64,000 bases of DNA, taken from the NCBI GenBank assembly GCA_963778115.1, contig CAVZSV010000005.1:384001-448000 (forward strand). The letters are read 5' to 3'. The DNA comes from an uncultured delta proteobacterium (GTDB taxonomy: Bacteria > Bdellovibrionota > FAC87 > UBA2466). A program made the position numbers and the translations under genes. Position 1 is the first letter of the stretch. Each line of letters begins with the position of its first letter. Of the stretch, positions 1-9,471 are shown piece by piece. Under the pieces are notes generated by a model, which did no database searches, was not told where the DNA came from, and was given only the letters and a program-made list of their open reading frames with translations.

Positions 1-10
1 ATTCGAATTC

Positions 11-460
11 GTGGGAGCACTGGATTATCTCAGAGTAAAAACAAATATGGTTAGCGAGATGATGGGAAATCATATGGCCTATCTGCTGAAAAACTATCGG
101 GTGGATGCTTCGACCTTTCCCCAGGGGTTTAAAATGAATCGATGGGGCTTAGATGAGATGGCCAAAGGCAGTTGGGCGGGCAGAGCGTTTATTCGCTGGT
201 ATGGTTTTAACGAAAATAACTTGCCGTCCGGTCCCAGAGATCTCATGGCTATCTTCAAAGTGATGGAGCCGCTCTATTATAAAGCGTCTCGATGGCAAAG
301 AGTGAATTGCAGAACGATTGTGGGAAATCTGGGTGAGCAGGGTGAGGGTTTAGCCGACGATCTCATTTCGATCAATGATATCCAAAACGACGAAAACGTT
401 CGACGATCTCTTATGCAAGCCTATGAGGAAATCGGCCGCTGGTTTAAGCCGGTCGAGTGA
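11..460 (+). CDS. hypothetical protein, probably 5'-truncated by window edge
   Basis: 149-aa ORF at window start; no recognisable motif. Confidence 0.5.
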   Translation: MGALDYLRVKTNMVSEMMGNHMAYLLKNYRVDASTFPQGFKMNRWGLDEMAKGSWAGRAFIRWYGFNENNLPSGPRDLMAIFKVMEPLYYKASRWQRVNCRTIVGNLGEQGEGLADDLISINDIQNDENVRRSLMQAYEEIGRWFKPVE

Positions 461-546
461 CCTTCGTGACGCGGCGGGATCATGGCATTCAATTGCCATT
501 CCTTACTCCTTTAGTTTTTTCGGTAGAAAAGATAAAATCAGACATT

Positions 547-1362
547 ATGAAAACTAAAATGCTTCTGTGGGGATTGGCGTCGTTAGTGTCGTTTAACGGA
601 CATGCGCAATCCATGGTTTCAGGAATTAAGATGGTTTGGCATTGCGAAGCGTCCGGGAGAATGCCGGAAGGAAATCTCACCCAGTGGCTGACTAAAGGAC
701 ATGCTCGAATAGAAAGTGACGTCATGCTCCCTGGCCATAAAAAAGGGTATCTGCTGCTCGATCAAAAAACCTCAGATGGCTTTGTGGTCATGGACAGTTC
801 TCAAAGTTATCTAATGATGAACAACAAAACTGAGGATCAAGACTTCACATCCGTTCTTCAGAATAATCCTCAAATGCAGGAGATGATGCGCAAAAACCCC
901 GAAATGGCCAAAAAAATGCGCGAGAGCCTAATGGCTCGAAACCAAGGTTCTACCGCCGAAGCGGAAGCTAAGATAGCCATCGTGATGAGCGGCGAGAAAC
1001 GCCGGGTGGGGGACTGGAATTGTCAGGTGGCGAAAATGACCAGGAACCAAATCGACTCGGGAGAACTTTGCATTGCCTCTTGGAAAGATCTTAAAGTAAA
1101 CCCATCTGAATTTTCAGACCTCTCCACGATTACTAAACAATTTAACAAGCGTCCTGGAGTTAACTTGGCGGGCCTCTCTTCGTTCGATCGCATCAAAGAT
1201 AAGGGATTCCCCGTCGAAGTACTTTCAGCGCCTCGGGGAAAGGAACATCCTCACCGAATGACATTAGTCTCGATAGAGGCAAAATCATTTCCTTCGACCC
1301 TTTTTCAAGTTCCCCCCGGATACCATAAGCTATCGCTACCCGACATGACATCCGCGCATTAG
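547..1362 (+). CDS. secreted DUF4412-like protein
   Basis: ATG 547 gives signal peptide MKTKMLLWGLASLVSFNGHAQ; GEKRRVGDWNCQ and C-terminal LFQVPPGY resemble DUF4412 proteins. Confidence 0.6.
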   Translation: MKTKMLLWGLASLVSFNGHAQSMVSGIKMVWHCEASGRMPEGNLTQWLTKGHARIESDVMLPGHKKGYLLLDQKTSDGFVVMDSSQSYLMMNNKTEDQDFTSVLQNNPQMQEMMRKNPEMAKKMRESLMARNQGSTAEAEAKIAIVMSGEKRRVGDWNCQVAKMTRNQIDSGELCIASWKDLKVNPSEFSDLSTITKQFNKRPGVNLAGLSSFDRIKDKGFPVEVLSAPRGKEHPHRMTLVSIEAKSFPSTLFQVPPGYHKLSLPDMTSAH

Positions 1363-1401
1363 ATAGGCCTTCAAAAGCCCAAAAGTATCCAAGAAGTAAA
1401 C

Positions 1402-2553
1402 CTAGTCTCTAATCACGTTTTGTTGGGGTATGGCCTGAATGATTTTTCTACTCGCTAGCAAGATCTCCTCAATCTTATCGTCGTTAAGACATTTGCCCAC
1501 CAAAACGGATCGAAGACTCGCTTTAGTAAGCGCTCGGTAAGTTCTTAACGTCGACTCTCGTATCGAATCGATGCGAACGGGAGCGTGGTTTTTAAAGCCC
1601 CTTCCGCGCACCCAGACTTGGTTTCGCCAAAAGACAATATCCATGCTCTGATCGGTAATATAGTCTCTTTGAAACGCCCAAAATCTCTGACTATTGGATT
1701 CATTTACCCAAGGTTTCAAAAACCTGACAAAATCTTCAAGGCTCGGACGACTCAAATGAATTGCCGTATGAAAGGGAAAAGCCTCGGGCCAATCGGGAGC
1801 CATGATTTCTTTCTTAAAGTGATAGGCAACGCGAAAGGGATTTTCTCCGTAATTAATCTGCTGACTTCCACAAATATCGGCGTTGTCTATCCAGCCGGTA
1901 TTATATCCCTCATCGACGATAATGTTTCCCCAGTTGGGATCATTTTGGCCGTAAGTAAAACGAAAGATGTCCCTAGCTCCTTTCTGCCAGGCGGGGACGA
2001 GGGGCCATATAGATTCCCTGATGTCCTTACGGTTCATGTCGATAGCAGTAGGAATAAAGTATTGAACGCTGCCTAGTGTCCCTTGGATTTGACTTAGGGC
2101 CTCGGAGTCAATTCGGAATCGGCCCATCTCTTTTGCGATGTCTCGATAGACGGTCGGAGGGACGTTTCGCAACCCGTGCAAGTAGCGAACTGCGCGATAC
2201 GCCGAAATTTCGCCGTCCGCATTTCCATTTCGATTATCCTTCCAAACTCCCTGAGGGCCTGATCGAAACGTCAGGAGTAGGGCCCCCGTCGAACCCGAGG
2301 CATTTTTCTCGGTTGCCACCAGATGGCTTCGCATTACTTTGATGTCCACGATCTCATCCGATTCTAGAATCTTTTCGACCTTGGCAAAGACCACTTTGTC
2401 GTACCAAGGTCTGCGATCCACGGAAAAAGCACAGGCCGTATGGGGAGGGCGAGTCCAAGGCGGGTGGGTCGTGGGCAAGCCATGCGTGCGTTGGGGCAAC
2501 CACAGAAAGAAAAGCAAAAGGCCGAAAGAGAGGCTTGTACGTCTTTTTATCAC
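1402..2553 (-). CDS. secreted atypical (PI3/PI4-kinase-like fold) kinase-like protein
   Basis: N-terminal hydrophobic signal; GVWK (beta3 Lys), GEISAY (alphaC Glu), VPPTV, GSVQYF, NDPNWGNIIV (catalytic-loop-like) and WIDNA (DFG-equivalent) in the expected order. Confidence 0.55.
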   Translation of the reverse strand: MIKRRTSLSFGLLLFFLWLPQRTHGLPTTHPPWTRPPHTACAFSVDRRPWYDKVVFAKVEKILESDEIVDIKVMRSHLVATEKNASGSTGALLLTFRSGPQGVWKDNRNGNADGEISAYRAVRYLHGLRNVPPTVYRDIAKEMGRFRIDSEALSQIQGTLGSVQYFIPTAIDMNRKDIRESIWPLVPAWQKGARDIFRFTYGQNDPNWGNIIVDEGYNTGWIDNADICGSQQINYGENPFRVAYHFKKEIMAPDWPEAFPFHTAIHLSRPSLEDFVRFLKPWVNESNSQRFWAFQRDYITDQSMDIVFWRNQVWVRGRGFKNHAPVRIDSIRESTLRTYRALTKASLRSVLVGKCLNDDKIEEILLASRKIIQAIPQQNVIRD

Positions 2554-3089
2554 AGCTTTTTAGCTAGCCGTTTTAGGAGGTATTTTCAAGCCTATGGAAA
2601 GACCGATGATGAGGGAAAAGTGCTGACTAGTAAGCCCGCCTTCAGGTTCGGGGCTTGGTTATGACATTTACGATGCTAGAAGTTATGCGGAATCCCGAGC
2701 CAACCGATCCGTGGAAGAAGCCGCCGAAAGAGATAGGCTAAAAGATAAGAGGCAAGAGAAATAGTTTTTTTGGGATTACGGCGTAATTCTTACCCTTACT
2801 TGCGCGGCCGTGCTGCTGGAGCAGAAGCCACCTTCGAAGCTTTAGCTGGAGCTAGCGGCGCTACCGGAATTGCGGGTGTCACTGCCTCCGAAGGCAGCTG
2901 AGAGCAGTTTTTCGCCGTGAATAAAAGGAAACTCGAAGAGAGAAATCCCGCGTAGAAGAAAAACGGCACGTCGTGCACTTTCCCAACGCATAAGCGAATT
3001 GCTATGGGGTCTTTCTGCGTGGGTAGCCCCGGCATAGTGCTTACATTTTTCGCAACGGACGACGAGAAGTAGCCCTTTTCTGATACAAT

Positions 3090-3386
3090 TTGGTGATGAA
3101 TCATTCCAAAAGTGTTTTCACCCATTTCATCGCCTTCCTTATCGGCGGGTTTATATTCTCGCAGCTTCAGCTCGTTCCGGCCTTTCTTGGGCTATCAGGA
3201 TTCGTACATCAGAGGGAGATCCAAAGACTAAGGGGCGAAGCACTAGCTCTCCTGAATGAGAACCTGGAAGTGGAAGCGGTTAGAGTGTTCCGCCATCTGC
3301 TCGATCTCGACCGTACTGAAATCGCCGCGGTGAGTGGGCTGAACGGGATCGCTAAAAGGCTTGAAGAATGCGAAGCCAAAAAATAA
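3090..3386 (+). CDS. small membrane protein with TPR-like helix pair
   Basis: N-terminal TM segment, then EAVRVFRHLLDLDRTEIAAVSGL resembling one TPR. Confidence 0.4.
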   Translation: MVMNHSKSVFTHFIAFLIGGFIFSQLQLVPAFLGLSGFVHQREIQRLRGEALALLNENLEVEAVRVFRHLLDLDRTEIAAVSGLNGIAKRLEECEAKK

Positions 3387-3543
3387 GAAAGTAAAAGCCA
3401 GTTTCCTGGCTTTTACCCTCTCGGACTTTTCGTCCTCTTATTTACGCTGCAACTTTGAATTGTCCCCACGCCTGGACCTGCTTTGCGTCAGAGTAGATCA
3501 CTTCGGTAGTGAGTCCGCCTCCGTTCACAGCCGTCAGGTAGGT

Positions 3544-3672
3544 TCCGTAGAGAGACCCTCTGAGGTAGCGGCGGCCCTTACGTACCACGACGGGCCGCCA
3601 AATGGCGATAACCAAACCTATAGCTAAAAGCTCGGCTTTTTCAAAAAATGGTGAGTTATCCTGCCTATCCGT
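3544..3672 (+). repeat. copy B of ~128-bp recombinase-downstream element
   Basis: ~80% identical by hand alignment to 13210-13336; same ends tccgtagagagaccc...gttatccYgcctatccgt. Confidence 0.9.
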
Positions 3673-3747
3673 TTGGCCCCCCTCGTCTTGTCTAAAACCG
3701 GAAAAATGGTAAACGCATCTGGTATTTCATTCTAAAAGGAGGAACCC

Positions 3748-4062
3748 ATGAAAAAGCTAGTTTTTTCCGTTTTCATTATACTGAGCCACCTATCTCTTCA
3801 ATCAGGCCTAGCTGCCAACAAGTGCGGACAGATTAAGGAGATCGATAAAGATACGGGCTGGTATTTTGGGAGCGACTATATTTATTACTCCACAGTAACT
3901 CTTGCCGATGCCTCAACCGCTCTGGTCCTATCTTCTAATTTCTCAACGCTCTCCACCGCCCTGGCCAATAATTTGAATGTGTGTCTGGTCGTCCAAAATC
4001 TTACCAACTATCAGAACGTTCCCAATCAGCCCGTCTACGACATCAGCTCCCTGTCAAAATGA
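3748..4062 (+). CDS. small secreted hypothetical protein
   Basis: strong RBS aaggagga, MKKLVFSVFII signal peptide, one Cys pair. Confidence 0.75.
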   Translation: MKKLVFSVFIILSHLSLQSGLAANKCGQIKEIDKDTGWYFGSDYIYYSTVTLADASTALVLSSNFSTLSTALANNLNVCLVVQNLTNYQNVPNQPVYDISSLSK

Positions 4063-4308
4063 GGTTTCGGCGAAGAATCGATCGACCCATGCGTAGAGGG
4101 TCGTCTTAGGGGTGGGATTCCCTCTGCTGACAGCGTGTGGAGAATTTCACCGTGACGAAAATTATCGGGAAAATTTGCGTCCGAGGTTAAGGCACCGGGA
4201 TCGGAAACCTTGATCTGAATGGTCCGTTATCGTTGGAATAAGTTTCATGAATGATACGCCATGCGATTGATTACCAGAGTTTGGGGGTTCTTGTGACCAA
4301 CTGGATTG

Positions 4309-4782
4309 CTAGGTGCCTAAGTGTGGATCTGGCGCTCCGCGGTTTGTGAAGGAGGTGTATGAAACATTGTAGAGAAGAACCGCGCCATAAATGGCGAGAG
4401 CGATCTCAGCCCCCTCTAAGGCGAGTCGAGAGTGGCCATTTTTGTTATAACCAAGTCTAGGCCGCCTAATTCCAGTCTTATCATCGACAAAGTGATGAAG
4501 ATATTTTCCAAGAGTTCGAGAAAAGGTCTTCGAAGCCATAACGACATAGGCCAAAGCCGTGGATCCCCGTCCAAAAAGCTTCGAAAATGTCGAATGGGCT
4601 TGTTCAGAGAAATTATAAACCGCGGCTTCGTTGATTTTTCCTTCAGCAACGAGATCACTGAGCTCGGGAGTCTCGATGGCCGTTCGAGCTAACTCGAGAA
4701 CGAAGTTCTCAGGTCTTGCTGCCTGTTGAAGCCAGAGAGCTTCGGTGGTTCCTTCTTTCTCTCCCGGGCGGATGACCACCAC
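4309..4782 (-). CDS. hypothetical membrane protein, probably an N-terminally truncated remnant
   Basis: C-terminal TM helix; GTG start without clear RBS lies 7 bp from repeat copy C. Confidence 0.4.
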   Translation of the reverse strand: MVVIRPGEKEGTTEALWLQQAARPENFVLELARTAIETPELSDLVAEGKINEAAVYNFSEQAHSTFSKLFGRGSTALAYVVMASKTFSRTLGKYLHHFVDDKTGIRRPRLGYNKNGHSRLALEGAEIALAIYGAVLLYNVSYTSFTNRGAPDPHLGT

Positions 4783-4788
4783 CGTTAG

Positions 4789-4850
4789 CCGTAGAGAGGC
4801 CCTCCGTAGAAACCCTCTGACGTGCTGGGCCCCCTCAGGTTATCCCGCCT
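4789..4850 (+). repeat. copy C: collapsed element (duplicated left end plus right end)
   Basis: ccgtagagaggccctc, ccgtagaaaccctctga, then ggttatcccgcct match the two ends of copies A/B with the middle missing. Confidence 0.7.
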
Positions 4851-4883
4851 GTAACCACCTCACTTCAACTCGACGTGCCATTG

Positions 4884-4903
4884 AAATGTGAAGACTATGA
4901 AGA
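4884..4903 (+). promoter_or_regulatory. conserved upstream box of lipoprotein/NHL module 1
   Basis: aaatgtgaagactatgaaga, 18/20 identical to 9156-9175; tataat-like -10 downstream. Confidence 0.55.
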
Positions 4904-5049
4904 GTAGTAGCTGCCGGGCACCAGGAATGACGCAATTGGATATAATAGCTATTAATCGTTTTTTGAGGCACCTGGCCGGTCCACCTCTTCAAACGGTTAC
5001 TTCCCTGTCGCTTAAGCGACGCACGAACGATCATAAATTAGAGGCGCGT

Positions 5050-5217
5050 ATGCGGAGAATAAAAATCCTTTCCTTACTGATATTCCTGGGACTCGGTGCT
5101 TGTACTAAGAGTACTCCGTCGGGGGCAGCGGGTTCGGCTTCTCTTCCTACTTCTCAAACCAGTGCCGCTCCCCACATGAAAATATATCGAGGGATCTCAA
5201 GTATCAGCGGGAATTGA
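5050..5217 (+). CDS. small lipoprotein (module 1 anchor candidate)
   Basis: gagg RBS; lipobox LGAC (Cys18); S/T/A/P linker; ends APHMKIYRGISSISGN; paralog of 9297-9467. Confidence 0.75.
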   Translation: MRRIKILSLLIFLGLGACTKSTPSGAAGSASLPTSQTSAAPHMKIYRGISSISGN

Positions 5218-5252
5218 CCGGAATACATTGAGAAAAAAAGAAAAACTTATTT

Positions 5253-8200
5253 ATGAGTTCCGCCGCAAATAGAAAGCTAAAGAACATAAGACGAAATGGC
5301 TTGGCTCTCGTCTTTTGCTTTCCGTTGTTCTTTAGTCCCTGCTACACTTTTGCGGACACTGTAGACAGCGGTTGGATCTTTGGCTTGAGTTGCAATGCTT
5401 TCGGAACGACAGGGTCCGGAAGTTTCACCTTCGCTCAATCTAGCCTCTCGGGCTCTTCCGGTTCGTGCGAGAGAACTTCCAACGCTTTTACCCAGCTTTC
5501 TCTAGGCTCCTATTCCGGATCGGGTACTCCTTTGGCCGACACCGTTTACGCGGTCAATACCGGAGATGTCCTAATCGTGCCTCCCCTTTTATCCACCGAA
5601 TACGAGCCGATCTTTTCGGTGGCAAATGCCGCGGTTGCTATCGGACCTTATACCGCGAATTGGATCGAAGTGCAGTGGCCCAACAGTACAGAAACTCTTA
5701 CAGGCACTTATCTTATCGGACAAGCTACCATAGATCCGTCAACTTCAGCGGGGGGGAACGGAATCGTCCTTACCGGGCAATGGGACATTGATGGAAACCC
5801 CTATTGGTCAGGATCCACCAACATGCCGGGCACCTGGGGTACGGATGACAATGCCGGGGTTTACACCGCAAGCGGCGGAGGCGGAGCGCTCGAAGGGGTC
5901 GCCTACTTTACCTCGGCCGGAGCCGGAGCTTATAAGGCAAACCCCGGAAGTGCTACGTTCTTCTTTCCCCAACAAGCCATCTTCTCGCTAGAAACGCTGG
6001 CGGGAATCACCTTTTCGGGCATCATGTTTGACGCAAACCAATCAACGGGAGGCGATGTCACCAATGTTCAAGTCGTAAGTAACGCCTATGGCACCGCCTT
6101 TACCGTGACTCCCTTCAGCGACGTGGGAACGAATACCCTTAGCCCTTCCTTTTACGATACCATTTCAATTAGCAATGAAAATTATCCGGCCAATGGCATT
6201 TTCGTGGGAACCGTCACCCGCACGGGAACAGGTGCCGGAACGGGTAACCTCGCTTGCATAGTCAATATCACAACGGAAGACCGAGTGATCTGCTCAGGCC
6301 AGTCACCCAGTAATAACTCAATTCCTTACAATGTAAGTTTTGCCTACACCGCGGGAGGAACGGGGGGCCCGAATATTTACATTTCGGACACCTATAATTC
6401 CGTCATTCGAGAAGTGGATGGCGGCACGGGTATCATCACGACCATCGCGGGAAACGGAACTCCGAGCTATACGGGTGACGGAAATCCGGCAACTTCGGCA
6501 ACGCTTAACAACCCTACCGGTATCACCTTGGATAGTTCGGGAAATATCTACATTAGCGATTGGACTAATAACGTCATTCGAGAGGTGTATGCCACGACCG
6601 GAATCATCACCACATACACCAGCATCGAGTTAAGCGATTGCCCCTTGATGGCCATCGCAGGCCTTGCGATGGATCCGGGAGGAACGCTCTATATTGCAGA
6701 TTATGGCAGCAACATTATTCTTCCTTCTGGCTACGGATACGAATCTTTCGTTGGAGATGGAGATGGAGGAACTGGCTATTCGGGTGATGGAGGGTATGCC
6801 GCTTCGGCAAAATTTAATTATCCCAAGGGAGTCGCCGCAGACGGAGCGGGAAATCTCTTTATTGCCGACACCGGTAATAACGTGGTTCGATTTATTTACG
6901 ACATGAGTACGGTGTCAACCATCGCGGGAAACTACAGTGCAGGGCCGGGCTACTCGGGCGATGGGGGACCCGCGACCTCGGCGCAATTAAATGGTCCTAG
7001 TGACGTTGCACTGGATAGCGCGGGCAATCTCTACATCGCAGACTCCAATAATAACGTCATTCGAGAAGTGAATGCCACGACCGGAATCATCACCACCGTC
7101 GCTGGAAATCAAGCGGCTGGCGCTGGCTATTCAGGAGACGGGATGCCAGCGACCTCAGCCCAACTAAAAAGTCCCACTGGTATTGCCGTAGACACTTCCG
7201 GAAATATCTATATCTCAGATACCGGCAATAGCGCCATTCGATTGGTAAGTGCCGGCATCATCACCACCATCGCAGGAAGTTCATTTCTTGGCGCGGGTTA
7301 CTCGGGTGATGGAGGATCTGCGATCTCAGCCCAACTGAATGGCCCCCAGGGCATCGCTCTCGCTGCGATTCCCTACCCTGCGACTCGTACCTGCACCTCT
7401 GGGGGGAGCACGTCTGGCTGGTGTGCGATGTGTTCCGACAACACCTCCGTCGCAAACGGATCTTGCAATGTATGTAGCGGGGATGGGACCACGACCGCCA
7501 ACTCATGTGCGTCCTGTGGAGATGGATCGCAAACTGCTAGCGTGAGCAACTGCCACTCCTGCGGAGGAACTACCACTGTTAGCCAGTGCAATAACTGTAC
7601 TGACGGGACATCCGCACCGAGCTGCTACTTTTGCGAGGATGGATCGTCAAGCGCTAACTCTGCCGGATGTAAGTATTGCTCGGGCACCTCTTCGAATTCC
7701 GGTTGTGGTGGTAGTGGCATGTGCGGAGATGGAACCAGTGGGCAATGTATAACCTGCTCCAATGGAACTAACTCGGCCGCTTGTGATGGCTGTGGCGACG
7801 GCACCACCGTGGGAGAGTATCAGAGTTGTCAGAATTGCTCGAACGGCGCAAATTCGGCTTCCTGCAATTCCTGCAGTGATGGAACCTCAGTGGCCATCAC
7901 TCAATCCTGTAACGGCTGCAGTGATGGAACCTCAAGCGCCAATGCCTGCAACATTTGCTCGGATGGATCGACAACCGCAGGGAGCTGCTACTCTTGCTCG
8001 GATGGATCGACAAGCGCTAGCTCTGGCGGATGTGGGTATTGCGGGGGCACCTCTTCGAATCCCAGTTGTAGTGGTGGTGGCGGCGGTAATAGCACGTGTG
8101 GAGATGGATCCCTTGGGACATGTCAAACCTGCTCCAATGGAACTAACTCGGCTGCTTGTACTTCCTGCAGTGATGGAACCTCAGTGGCCATCACTCAATC

Positions 8201-8333
8201 CTGTAACGGCTGCAGTGATGGAACCTCAAGCGCCAATGCCTGCAACATTTGCTCGGATGGATCGACAAGCGCTAGCTCAAGCGGATGTGGGTATTGCTCG
8301 GGCTCGTCTTCGAATCCCGATTGTGGGGATTAA
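5253..8333 (+). CDS. secreted NHL-repeat protein with conserved N-domain and Cys-rich repeat tail
   Basis: signal peptide ending TFA-DTV; repeated GYSGDGGPATSAQLNxPxGxAxDxxGNLYIAD (NHL); C-terminal CxxCSDG repeats. Confidence 0.85.
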   Translation: MSSAANRKLKNIRRNGLALVFCFPLFFSPCYTFADTVDSGWIFGLSCNAFGTTGSGSFTFAQSSLSGSSGSCERTSNAFTQLSLGSYSGSGTPLADTVYAVNTGDVLIVPPLLSTEYEPIFSVANAAVAIGPYTANWIEVQWPNSTETLTGTYLIGQATIDPSTSAGGNGIVLTGQWDIDGNPYWSGSTNMPGTWGTDDNAGVYTASGGGGALEGVAYFTSAGAGAYKANPGSATFFFPQQAIFSLETLAGITFSGIMFDANQSTGGDVTNVQVVSNAYGTAFTVTPFSDVGTNTLSPSFYDTISISNENYPANGIFVGTVTRTGTGAGTGNLACIVNITTEDRVICSGQSPSNNSIPYNVSFAYTAGGTGGPNIYISDTYNSVIREVDGGTGIITTIAGNGTPSYTGDGNPATSATLNNPTGITLDSSGNIYISDWTNNVIREVYATTGIITTYTSIELSDCPLMAIAGLAMDPGGTLYIADYGSNIILPSGYGYESFVGDGDGGTGYSGDGGYAASAKFNYPKGVAADGAGNLFIADTGNNVVRFIYDMSTVSTIAGNYSAGPGYSGDGGPATSAQLNGPSDVALDSAGNLYIADSNNNVIREVNATTGIITTVAGNQAAGAGYSGDGMPATSAQLKSPTGIAVDTSGNIYISDTGNSAIRLVSAGIITTIAGSSFLGAGYSGDGGSAISAQLNGPQGIALAAIPYPATRTCTSGGSTSGWCAMCSDNTSVANGSCNVCSGDGTTTANSCASCGDGSQTASVSNCHSCGGTTTVSQCNNCTDGTSAPSCYFCEDGSSSANSAGCKYCSGTSSNSGCGGSGMCGDGTSGQCITCSNGTNSAACDGCGDGTTVGEYQSCQNCSNGANSASCNSCSDGTSVAITQSCNGCSDGTSSANACNICSDGSTTAGSCYSCSDGSTSASSGGCGYCGGTSSNPSCSGGGGGNSTCGDGSLGTCQTCSNGTNSAACTSCSDGTSVAITQSCNGCSDGTSSANACNICSDGSTSASSSGCGYCSGSSSNPDCGD

Positions 8334-8654
8334 GCGTGCGGAGATGGAAGCATTGGGCAATGTATAACCTGCTCCGATGGAACTAACTCGGTCACTTGTA
8401 CTTCCTGTGGCGACGGCAGTAGCGTGGGAGTGTATGAGAGTTGCCAACTCTGCTCGAACGGCACAAATTCGTCTTCCTGCAATTACTGCAGCGATGGAAC
8501 CTCGGTGGGCATCACTCAATCCTGTAACTACTGCGGTGATGGAACGACTACCGCCAATGCCTGCCAAACCGGTACTGATGGTACAAATTCGGCTTACTGC
8601 ACGACCTGCGGCGATGGTAGTACCGTCGGTGCTGATGAATCCTGCGGAGATTGA
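8334..8654 (+). pseudogene. in-frame silent continuation of the Cys-rich repeat tail
   Basis: after TAA 8331-8333 the same frame reads ACGDGSIGQCITCSDGTNS...ADESCGD*; no own RBS or signal peptide. Confidence 0.75.
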
Positions 8655-8804
8655 TGGAGCCGTCACTAAAATAAAAGGTGTTCGTCGAAAGACCTCGTCT
8701 AAGATCTATCGCTGGTCCTGAAAGAAGACTGGCACGTTTTGGTTTTGTGGCCACGTTGAAGGGGGATTGTCCCTCCTACTGGCAGAGGCTGGTCAACGCA
8801 ACCT

Positions 8805-8850
8805 CGGTATTGGTGTCTCTTCGCCCCAGCATACTTTCTCCTGCAGCACC
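8805..8850. repeat. 46-bp exact copy of an internal segment of the recombinase pseudogene
   Basis: cggtattggtgtctcttcgccccagcatactttctcctgcagcacc identical to 14154-14199. Confidence 0.95.
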
Positions 8851-9155
8851 GCGTGATTTTGTCCCTTAAAGGACTTTCTAAATCACCACGGTTGGACGCG
8901 CTGCTTTTCTACATTGCCTATCCGTTGTGGGCGCAGTCCTGGTTTTCCGAGATCAAGTCCATTGTTTCTAGTCGCGGCGTCATAAAAAGCGTCCACCATC
9001 ATTCGTGTTGTAGCTGTAAATGCAATGTGTGAGCGGCGGCTCGATCCCAATGCCGTTCGGCCGAATAGGAGGGATCGCCGGTAACTAATGGGTCGCCGCC
9101 ACGTGAAGTGGTCTCTTTACTAGATCGTATAAAACGAAAACAGGGTGCGGTTCTA

Positions 9156-9175
9156 AAATATGAAGACTATGGAGA
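9156..9175 (+). promoter_or_regulatory. conserved upstream box of lipoprotein/NHL module 2
   Basis: aaatatgaagactatggaga, matches 4884-4903; tatact -10-like downstream. Confidence 0.55.
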
Positions 9176-9296
9176 TTCGAGCCTGATTGCAAAATGCCCT
9201 TAAGAAAAGCCTATACTATATTCAATAGCGGTACGTGACGGCTCTCAAACTATTCCTCTCCAGTTCACAAATCCGCCTACTCATTTGGTAGGAACC

Positions 9297-9467
9297 ATGC
9301 GGACAATAATTGAAATCAGTTTCTTAGTTCTCCTCGCGGGAACCGTCGCCTGTTCTGTAGGACAAAAATTTTCAGCCCCGACTCCAACAACCGGCACGGT
9401 GGTGGGAAACCAAACTCCGGCGCCCATGAGAGTTTATCGAGGAGTCTCGAATACGAATACCCATTAA
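9297..9467 (+). CDS. small lipoprotein (module 2 anchor candidate)
   Basis: agga RBS; lipobox TVAC (Cys19); T/P linker; ends PAPMRVYRGVSNTNTH. Confidence 0.75.
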   Translation: MRTIIEISFLVLLAGTVACSVGQKFSAPTPTTGTVVGNQTPAPMRVYRGVSNTNTH

Positions 9468-9471
9468 ATCC

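Noticed and set aside
2796..3125. 109-aa minus-strand ORF with TM and Ala/Pro tail
   Set aside because: Overlaps the divergent ORF and has no convincing start; a shorter real gene is possible but unsupported
3390..3543. Scrambled recombinase-like fragments (agccagtttcctggct, gacctgctttgc) left of copy B, and similar echoes at 4090-4195
   Set aside because: Matches are short and out of order, so they cannot be told from chance by eye
7762..8721. Alternative-frame ORFs over the Cys-rich repeats, and the many short ORFs inside 39534-55271
   Set aside because: Shadow frames produced by repetitive coding sequence
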